From: Cocleimonas sp.
GTDB lineage: Bacteria; Pseudomonadota; Gammaproteobacteria; Thiotrichales; Thiotrichaceae
DNA length: 24,000 nt
NCBI GenBank assembly: GCA_036478745.1
Contig: JAZGEM010000074.1
Coordinates: forward strand, 1-24,000
Direction of reading: 5' to 3'
The notes beneath the pieces were generated by a model. The model made no database searches. It worked only from the letters and a program-made list of their open reading frames with translations, and was not told the origin of the DNA. The first letter of the stretch is position 1; every line of letters begins with the position of its first letter. The position numbers and the translations under genes are program-made. Below, piece after piece: positions 1-6,417 of this stretch.

Positions 1-117
1 CAATAATAGAAACTAAAAACGACTCATATCGGTTCAAACAAAGCCAACAAAAGGCGCTAAAATAACAACCCAAGGGTGGGTCAATATTCGATGCCTATGT
101 GGGTCAATTTTGGATGC

Positions 118-639
118 TCATTGACAATCTTCTACTAAACGACGATCTCGTCCTTTGGCAGGCTTTGGTCTGCGAACATTTGATACAGGGTTAACAATTA
201 TTCCCATACCCCATTCTTTTATAGCGATAGTGTATAAATGACTCAATAGAGCAAGCTCCAATCGCACGGAACTGGCACTTAGACCCTTTTCCAAACGCAT
301 ATCACGATAATTTGCTACATGCTCTGCACCAAGAGACGCTAAGCTATATTTACCCAGATGCTTGCGCAAAGTATTTCCACGTCTAACTTCAGGCTTCTGA
401 GAGGATGACTTTTTTATTGGGGTTATTTCGTTGTGATAGCGTTCTAATGCTTTTTCAATTGTAGTTTTCTCAGAATGACTTCTAGAGATATAAACACCAC
501 GGACAATTTCATCTTCTGTTGTCCTTGCCCAATCAGTCGCATCCCTTTTAATCCGAAAGGTTTTGGTAACTATTGGGTTTCCTGTAATACGAACAATTGC
601 TTTCCAAGAACCTGATTTTGTCTTAACAATGGTAGCCAT
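118..639 (-). pseudogene. 5' fragment of a tyrosine integrase gene (N-terminal arm-binding and SAM-like core-binding domains only; catalytic domain missing)
   Basis: 173-aa ORF. ...IKEWGMGIIVNPVSNVRRPKPAKGRDRRL is the linker that normally precedes the catalytic domain of tRNA-associated integrases. The frame stops 5 codons later, and no R...HxxR...Y region follows in any frame of 1-117. Confidence 0.7.
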
Positions 640-641
640 AA

Positions 642-681
642 AGTGTACCTTGCATCTGAGCAGTGTACCTTCATTGTACCT
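642..681. repeat. Three direct copies of TGTACCT (AGTGTACCTT x2 at 642-651 and 662-671; TGTACCT at 675-681) between the truncated int start and the att repeat
   Basis: Read directly. The position between int and att suggests arm-type or operator sites. Confidence 0.35.
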
Positions 682-761
682 ATTTGATGAAAAATTGAAA
701 GACGGTGTTTTTACAAATTAGCGAAAATAGAAGTAACTCGCTGATTTATAAAAAGAAATAA

Positions 762-816
762 TGGTGCCCAGGGCCGGAATCGAACCGGCACGGTGTTGCC
801 ACCGAGGGATTTTAAG
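762..816 (-). repeat. Distal att-type direct repeat: duplicated 3'-terminal 55 nt of tRNA-Leu(UAA)
   Basis: tggtgcccagggccggaatcgaaccggcacggtgttgccaccgagggattttaag is identical to 14799-14853. Identity ends inside the anticodon loop. Confidence 0.9.
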
Positions 817-936
817 GGCTATATGTTTATCATAAATATCAATTACTTAGCTTTAATTCTCTTTCCTAAAGACAACAGATATTGCCTAATAAATTCAATT
901 ACTTAGAGGTTGTTTTTCCTAACTATTATGCACCTA

Positions 937-959
937 CCACCGAGGGATTTTATATCCCT
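937..959 (-). other. Degenerate tRNA-Leu anticodon-arm fragment (second att-like remnant)
   Basis: ccaccgagggattttatatccct matches 14836-14858 of the intact tRNA at 21 of 23 positions. It extends past the crossover point of the 55-bp repeat. Confidence 0.4.
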
Positions 960-1100
960 GTTTGTTTAACTTTTCTGTTAATACCTTTTTCAAAATTCTT
1001 GAACTATCCACAAATATCTATTGATGTCTATATCTAGCTACTGCAAGCTTTTCGAGTAAATTGTAACGTTATATTTCATTGTCCATCATCAACTAATCAT

Positions 1101-1130
1101 AAAAAAACCCATCAAAGAGACGGGTTTTTT
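1101..1130 (-). terminator. Rho-independent-type hairpin (A7CCC...GGGT6) downstream of the small-peptide operon
   Basis: aaaaaaaccc atcaaagagac gggtttttt. A/T runs on both sides make it bidirectional in form. It lies 29 nt after the stop of the 39-aa ORF. Confidence 0.5.
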
Positions 1131-1158
1131 GGGTTATGGAATATCTCAATTAAAGAGA

Positions 1159-1278
1159 TCACTTCTTCTTTCGAGGCTTCTCATAAGTCGCCCAAGCTAC
1201 AATAAAACCAAATACAATTAAAATTGCGGATCCTATTAATATAACCTTTGAGCTTGTTGCTACTGTTAGATATATCAT
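1159..1278 (-). CDS. 39-aa small hydrophobic peptide (MIYLTVATSSKVILIGSAILIVFGFIVAWATYEKPRKKK), paralogue of 1591-1719
   Basis: Not in the ORF track (<60 aa). ATG is preceded by an AGAGGA SD. It has one predicted TM helix and a basic tail. N- and C-termini are conserved with the second copy. Confidence 0.6.
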   Translation of the reverse strand: MIYLTVATSSKVILIGSAILIVFGFIVAWATYEKPRKKK

Positions 1279-1295
1279 TACTTGTCCTCTATTTA

Positions 1296-1508
1296 TTAAT
1301 CTGTTTCGTCAAATTTATATCTGGCAAATATAATCATTCCCACCATATGAAATCCTAAATAGATAAGCATAGCCATGTTCTTTGTTTCATCTTGCCAGTC
1401 ACTTGTATGAATTAAACTCATAAAAATTGCGTATACAGATATTTGAGTGACAAACCTTTTTAACATTCCTAATTTGTTAGATTTTTTGTTGTTTTTGATT
1501 ATAGACAT
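1296..1508 (-). CDS. 70-aa two-TM small membrane protein, function unknown
   Basis: ORF track. It sits between the two paralogous peptide genes on the same strand, with short gaps. Confidence 0.5.
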   Translation of the reverse strand: MSIIKNNKKSNKLGMLKRFVTQISVYAIFMSLIHTSDWQDETKNMAMLIYLGFHMVGMIIFARYKFDETD

Positions 1509-1590
1509 ATTGTATTCCCTTGATAAGGATAGCCATGGTTAACTTCAACCAAATCTCATAAAAACTTAAGACCAAGTTATGTGTTAAAAA

Positions 1591-1719
1591 TTATTTCTTT
1601 TTTGAAGGCTTTTCGTATGTAGCCCAGGCAACAACGGCACCTATAATCACAAAAACAGCAGCGAATACCAATACTGCTATTGATCCAGATGAAGTTGTTG
1701 TAACGGTTGTATACAACAT
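1591..1719 (-). CDS. 42-aa small hydrophobic peptide (MLYTTVTTTSSGSIAVLVFAAVFVIIGAVVAWATYEKPSKKK), paralogue of 1159-1278
   Basis: Not in the ORF track. It has a strong SD (AAGGAGG, 7 nt before ATG). It shares M(I/L)Y.TV.T.S at the N-terminus and VAWATYEKP.KKK at the C-terminus with the other copy. Confidence 0.6.
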   Translation of the reverse strand: MLYTTVTTTSSGSIAVLVFAAVFVIIGAVVAWATYEKPSKKK

Positions 1720-1771
1720 TACTAGTCCTCCTTGTCTTTTAATATCAAGACAGAAAAATTATCCGTTACTA

Positions 1772-1828
1772 TCAAATTCTGTTTAATAATAATGAAATAC
1801 TGATTACCAAGACTAACTTTTTTAACAT
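1772..1828 (-). CDS. Possible 18-aa hydrophobic leader peptide (MLKKLVLVISISLLLNRI)
   Basis: ATG is preceded by a GAGGGGAG SD. It is the first ORF after the predicted promoter. It is very short, so weakly supported. Confidence 0.3.
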   Translation of the reverse strand: MLKKLVLVISISLLLNRI

Positions 1829-1860
1829 GAATATCTCCCCTCATTATTATACTAAGCAAC

Positions 1861-1925
1861 ATTATACCACAAACACTAAGATCTCCTTAGTATTTGTGTG
1901 AGGGGAAACCTTAGATTCTCTTAGA
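1861..1925 (-). promoter_or_regulatory. Promoter (TGgTATAAT extended -10, minus strand, 1861-1869) plus two operator-like elements, homologous to the 9138-9211 region
   Basis: actaag-atctc-cttagt (1875-1891) and cttagattctcttag (1911-1925) align with the reverse complement of 9138-9189 in the same order and orientation relative to the downstream gene. Confidence 0.5.
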
Positions 1926-1964
1926 CTCATGAATGCCGTTTAAATCAATACACTTGGGAAATCA

Positions 1965-2801
1965 ATGATACTAACAATTATTCTTTACTTACTAAAATTC
2001 ATAAGGTCTATTGTTCTCATGCAAAAGAAAATATTACAAGGACTAAAACATACTACTCCCGAAGCCGTAACTACAAACATCATTATTCATTCACAAAAGA
2101 AACCGCAATGGGTCACAGATGAAGTCGTCAGAATTAAAGCACTCATGCCTCATGCGAGTTGCCGCATTATTTCTTTAGTTTTTAACCAACACTTTGGCAA
2201 TAGAGAATCTGTAGGAAAAACTTTGTTAGTTACACCATTCGACAAAATCTGTATGAAATACAGATACTACGAAAGAAGATCAAAGCTCGCCCTGCTCACG
2301 CCATTCCTTTCAATAAAGTCTGGGAAATCGACTTAACTTTTATTCAGCAGCAACCCATTCTGGGTGTTGTTGAGCATCATTCCAGAAAAGCACTAACTTC
2401 TAGTACCTTTAAAACAAAAAAGCAGTATTGCTATTCTTAGAGCCTTACTAAATATTTTAGATCACACGCCTGCACCACAGTATATCCGCACTGATAACGA
2501 AATATGTTTCAACTCAAAGTTAATAAAATTTGGACTATGGTTTCTTGATATCAATCATCAGACAATTGATAAACACTGCCCTTGGCAAAATGGGAGGATT
2601 GAGCGATTCTTTGGCACGCTGAAATCAACACTTGCCAATCAGGCTAATATTAATAAGTCAGATTTTCCTTATCTAATGTACAGTTTTGAATTTTGGTACA
2701 ACAATATTCGACCACATCAAAACTTAGAAAATAAAACACCAGAATCAGTCTACCTAGCACGTATCAAAAAATGGGAAAAGAAATATCCACCAGATACTTG
2801 A
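1965..2801 (+). mobile_element. IS transposase pseudogene (rve/DDE integrase-core type; at least 2 frameshifts)
   Basis: Three frames must be joined: ...QKKPQWVTDEVVRIKALMPHASCRIISLVFNQHFGNRESVGKT / FVSYTIRQNLYEIQILRKKIKARPAHAIPFNKVWEIDLTF...HHSRKALT / ...YIRTDNEICFNS...CPWQNGRIERFFGTLK...YNNIRPHQNL. The D (WEIDLT), D (RTDNE), E (NGRIERF) triad is recognisable. IS ends were not identified. Confidence 0.75.
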
Positions 2802-3018
2802 ACAAGAAAGGATAAATTTTCTTTGTCCGTACAATGCGAAGGTTTTACTGTGCTTGCAACATGCCAAACAATGATTTTCATTTGAAAATTAACCTAGATT
2901 GTTAATTTGCTCAAAATACTTTACAGAAACATTGTATTTTGAGGGAGTATTTCAGGCTACTTTCTAAAAAATGACTCTAAAATGATTAAGGAGAATACCG
3001 CGGACAGTTCGGACAGGA

Positions 3019-3075
3019 CAATGGCTTACAAGCACGACTAACGGTTGATTTTGGCTTATGAGCGTGTGGTTGTCC
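3019..3075 (+). repeat. 57-bp direct repeat, copy 1 (downstream of the immunity gene)
   Basis: caatggcttacaagcacgactaacggttgattttggcttatgagcgtGtggttgtcc matches 5555-5611 at 56 of 57 positions. Confidence 0.85.
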
Positions 3076-3173
3076 CGTGTTTGCTATTTTTAATCAAAAA
3101 GTGCTTGAAATTAGGGAGGTGTCCATATATGTCCTTTGTTTCGGGTTGTTTTTAACAAGCATAAGTCATTGTT

Positions 3174-3566
3174 TTAATTATCAATCGAATCTGACCCCTT
3201 TGATTTTATAAGCTTGAACAGATTTATACCGTTTGTCTCTATTAAACTAACTCCAAGTTGTAAACAATTTCTATACTTAGATGGATCAATCTCATGCCCA
3301 TCAAAAATTTCATGTAGAGTAGATTTATCTATTTTTCCGAACATTAAGTCGATTTCTAGTTTCGTATACAATTCTTCTACTATACAAAAAGCCTCTTCTT
3401 TTTGTTTTTTATTTAGATCAGATACATCACCAAACAAATGATTAAATAACACAGCTAAACTACCCCATTCTTCTATCTCTTCTTCATTCAGTTCCGCATC
3501 AACTATCATCTGTTTAAACCCACCGTCAAAATAGAATCCTATTATTTTATCAATGTATTGAATCAT
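3174..3566 (-). CDS. Putative immunity protein for the RHS C-terminal toxin (130 aa, acidic)
   Basis: Its start codon overlaps the rhs stop codon by 1 nt (position 3566, ATGA). It is a small acidic protein directly after a polymorphic-toxin gene. No recognisable family. Confidence 0.6.
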   Translation of the reverse strand: MIQYIDKIIGFYFDGGFKQMIVDAELNEEEIEEWGSLAVLFNHLFGDVSDLNKKQKEEAFCIVEELYTKLEIDLMFGKIDKSTLHEIFDGHEIDPSKYRNCLQLGVSLIETNGINLFKLIKSKGSDSIDN

Positions 3567-5335
3567 TACTTAACCTCAGCTAAAAAACTCTTTCTGCCTT
3601 TTCTAACATACCTTGTTAAGCTTTCTGGGCCTTTTAGTTTGCAAAACTTATCAACTATTTTAGAAGTTCTTAATAGTGCTTTATATAACTGCTTTCTACC
3701 ATTCCTAGTCATCGTTTTTGATGACCAATCTTCTTTACTCGTCCAGTTACCTTTTCCATTTAACTCTGGTGTGTTTTTAAGTACAACATGCAATACAAAA
3801 TGAACCATTCTGTGTGTTTCTGCAGGAAGAAATAATAATGCTTGATTAGGATCACCACCTAAGTTTTTGGGAATTGTATGGTGTCCATGATTTCCATCTC
3901 CTGTATATTGTTTCTTAATATATGAAACACCTACAAAACATCCGATTTTTTTAGTTACTCCTCCCTTTCCAGATACAGTAAATCTGGTATATTGGCCTAC
4001 AGAATTTGTCCCCAGTCTTGCGCCTATATTTAATCCAGACATGAGGTTACTCATTGTAAAATACCCACTGGGATCTATACCATTGACAGGATTTGAGTCT
4101 GTATATATATACTTATTTAGAGTGATTGGGCTACATATCTTTCCCAGCCACTCATCCTGCTGAGTAAACCGCCCAACCCCTTGATCATAATACCTAGCTC
4201 TTAAGTAATATTGCCCTAAGTTTTGATCAAACTGCTCACCCGCAAACAGATAATCATTAACAGTAACACCCGTCTGATTCAGCACCTCACCAAAGGCTTC
4301 ATAATTGTATAAGTCTGTAAATGCACCTGTGCTGTCACTCAAAGCCCTCGTAGAACCCAGCCCATCATAATGATAAGTATTAGTCGTACCATTTCTAGTT
4401 TGACTAAGCAAATCATCACCATAGGTATAGCTAACCGTAGTAGCATTATTCGAGCGCTCTTCAATCACCTGAGCATAAGCCCGATTGCTGTCAACAATAT
4501 ACTGCGTGGTTTCTGATCCCGTGGTTTGGGCTTCTCTTATACCATCGGCATTGTATTGATAACTTGTGGTGCTTCCTGCATTACTGGTTTCTGTCAGTTG
4601 ATTCTTTGCATTGTAGCTATACGTTTTGCTATTGCCGTCCAGTGTTTCCGTCAGGGTACTGCCGTTATTGTCATAGGTGTAGGTTGTGCCACCTTGCTGG
4701 CTTAAACGGTCGTTATCATCATAAGTGTATTGGGTTTGTACGCCGTCTACGGTTTCATAGGTTCGGTTGCCGACCTTGTCGTAGGTGTATTCTGCATTGT
4801 AGTTTCCGTTTGTGGCATCGGTGATGGTTTCAGTCTTTAAACGATTCAGATTATCGTAGCTGTAATCCGTTACCCTGCCTGTTGCCTCGGTGATCTTGGT
4901 GCGTTTTCCTGTGGCATCTAGGCTGTAGGTATACGATGAGAGTGTTGTGCCTGCACTACTTTTATGTGTGAGTGTAGTCAATCTATTCAAGCTATCGTAA
5001 ACGTAGTTATCCGTATTGCCATTGGCATGAGTGACTTTGCTTCGATTGCCGACTGCATCATAGCTGTAGCTTGTTGTGCCTATTGCATCAGTGACGGTTG
5101 AGAGTCTGTTAAGACTATCGAAGCCATAGCCGACGATTTTAATCTCTGTGCCTTTGCTAGTTTTAAGCTGGGTTCGATTGCTTTGATTATCGTATTGGTA
5201 TTCGAGCGTTGTACCGTCGACTTGGGTTTCTTTTGTCAAACGGTTTTGGGTATCGAATGTGTAGGTGGCGGTTGATGCATGACTCGCTGAAACAGTCAGT
5301 AATATAAGAATGAGGTAATAGTGAATGCTTTGCAT
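3566..5335 (-). CDS. Short RHS/YD-repeat polymorphic toxin with an N-terminal signal-peptide-like segment and a C-terminal GHH/AHH-type HNH/EndoVII-like nuclease domain
   Basis: Many YD repeats (YxYDxxGNR / YDxLNRL). The terminal core motif is RARYYDQGVGRFTQQD...NKYIYTDSNPVNGIDPSGY (aa 379-425, the PxxxxDPxGL type). The variable C-terminal domain is 164 aa and contains GNHGHHTIPK (DNA 3878-3886 = GHH) and THRMVHFVLH. The N-terminus is MQSIHYYLILILLTVSASHA|ST. Confidence 0.85.
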   Translation of the reverse strand: MQSIHYYLILILLTVSASHASTATYTFDTQNRLTKETQVDGTTLEYQYDNQSNRTQLKTSKGTEIKIVGYGFDSLNRLSTVTDAIGTTSYSYDAVGNRSKVTHANGNTDNYVYDSLNRLTTLTHKSSAGTTLSSYTYSLDATGKRTKITEATGRVTDYSYDNLNRLKTETITDATNGNYNAEYTYDKVGNRTYETVDGVQTQYTYDDNDRLSQQGGTTYTYDNNGSTLTETLDGNSKTYSYNAKNQLTETSNAGSTTSYQYNADGIREAQTTGSETTQYIVDSNRAYAQVIEERSNNATTVSYTYGDDLLSQTRNGTTNTYHYDGLGSTRALSDSTGAFTDLYNYEAFGEVLNQTGVTVNDYLFAGEQFDQNLGQYYLRARYYDQGVGRFTQQDEWLGKICSPITLNKYIYTDSNPVNGIDPSGYFTMSNLMSGLNIGARLGTNSVGQYTRFTVSGKGGVTKKIGCFVGVSYIKKQYTGDGNHGHHTIPKNLGGDPNQALLFLPAETHRMVHFVLHVVLKNTPELNGKGNWTSKEDWSSKTMTRNGRKQLYKALLRTSKIVDKFCKLKGPESLTRYVRKGRKSFLAEVK

Positions 5336-5414
5336 GTGATTGATTTTAAACTATCTGATGATTGAATACAGCTTTGTTATTCTCACTCATTCTAGGGAGC
5401 AATTGTTTGCTGAT

Positions 5415-5500
5415 GCTAAAAACTGGGGAGGGTGCCATATCACATTTAACTCAGTTTTAAGTACTATTTTATTCACATGGCACCCCCCTACTTTTTAGTA
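5415..5500. repeat. MITE-like unit: two inverted copies of the ATGGCACCC(C)n..TTTTTAG motif around a 38-bp spacer
   Basis: The reverse complement of 5415-5438 (atggcaccctccccagtttttagc) is similar to 5477-5500 (atggcacccccctactttttagta). The same motif recurs at 15343, 15440 and 21084. Confidence 0.6.
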
Positions 5501-5554
5501 TCAGCGGAATAAAACCATTTATTATCAAAAAATAACCGTTTGTCGAGGCTAAAT

Positions 5555-5611
5555 CAATGGCTTACAAGCACGACTAACGGTTGATTTTGGCTTATGAGCG
5601 TTTGGTTGTCC
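5555..5611 (+). repeat. 57-bp direct repeat, copy 2 (upstream of rhs, 24 nt after the stop of the 229-aa ORF)
   Basis: See 3019-3075. Confidence 0.85.
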
Positions 5612-5634
5612 TTTGTTTTCCCTTGTTTTCCAAC

Positions 5635-6324
5635 CTACGTTAAATCAATAATCACAGTTTCATAAAAATTGTCTTTAGGTTGAAATTTTAAAGACTGGTC
5701 ATTAATAAAAACTAATTTTGCTGGTACATTTATAATATTATTATATTCATATGTCGAATAGTCACGAAAAAGAATTTCTCTTTCTGTTAGGTCTCCTTTT
5801 GTTCCTATTAAGACATATAAATGTTTTCCTAATGAATCAAAAACATATTTCAACCTTGCTGATATTTTTTTAGATCGACTCCATGTTTTTCTCGAAGATA
5901 TTTTTGTGTAAATAAAATCTAGTTTACGTATGTCCTCTAGGTGAGTATTAACAATACATCCATCCAGACCAAATTCTGCCGGTAGATCAGCAAACACTTT
6001 TTTTAAGATTTTATAAATAACCATATTCCGATCAGATATTTTTTTACATGAAACATATTTTTCAATCGAAAATCCCACGTTAACTATTGCTACATTTGAC
6101 ATAGAGTCATATTCATAAACAGGAATAGGGTGTATTTTTTTTGTTAAAAACTCTTTAGGCCATAAATGAATAACAACTTTCCCAAATTTTGAATAAACAT
6201 TTCTTTTGAAATTTATATTCAAAGCAAATAAAATACATCTTGTCTCTGCTGTGAGTTTTTGCTCATTTGAATGTCCATAATGTGTAGAAGGACTTATTTC
6301 TACCTGCTGAAGATACTTAGCCAT
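5635..6324 (-). CDS. Hypothetical protein, 229 aa, no recognisable motif
   Basis: Long ORF in an AT-rich context. It is tightly packed with the upstream ORFs on the same strand. Confidence 0.55.
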   Translation of the reverse strand: MAKYLQQVEISPSTHYGHSNEQKLTAETRCILFALNINFKRNVYSKFGKVVIHLWPKEFLTKKIHPIPVYEYDSMSNVAIVNVGFSIEKYVSCKKISDRNMVIYKILKKVFADLPAEFGLDGCIVNTHLEDIRKLDFIYTKISSRKTWSRSKKISARLKYVFDSLGKHLYVLIGTKGDLTEREILFRDYSTYEYNNIINVPAKLVFINDQSLKFQPKDNFYETVIIDLT

Positions 6325-6415
6325 TTATTTCACCATTATTATTTACATACTGGACGAAGATTTCCATCAGGATTTCTTTTATGCTGTCCATAAAACTTAC
6401 CACAGACCCAACCAT
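6317..6415 (-). CDS. Possible 32-aa bridging ORF (MVGSVVSFMDSIKEILMEIFVQYVNNNGEING), or a frameshift scar
   Basis: Its ATG starts 2 nt after the stop of the 276-aa ORF. Its end overlaps the ATG of the 229-aa ORF by 8 nt. No SD seen. Confidence 0.2.
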   Translation of the reverse strand: MVGSVVSFMDSIKEILMEIFVQYVNNNGEING

Positions 6416-6417
6416 AT

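Noticed and set aside
2880-3170. Possible right end of the IS, or a small gene, between the transposase pseudogene and the immunity gene.
   Set aside because: I found no inverted repeat matching the region left of 1965 and no ORF with start signals. I cannot define the IS boundaries from this window.
3214-3803. + strand ORFs 3214-3441 and 3558-3803.
   Set aside because: They are antisense to the immunity gene and the rhs 3' end, which have far better support (coupled start/stop, motifs).
4564-4824. 86-aa Cys/His/Arg-rich + strand ORF.
   Set aside because: It is entirely antisense to the YD-repeat region of rhs. The odd composition is the expected mirror of repetitive Thr/Tyr/Asp/Gly codons, and there are no start signals.
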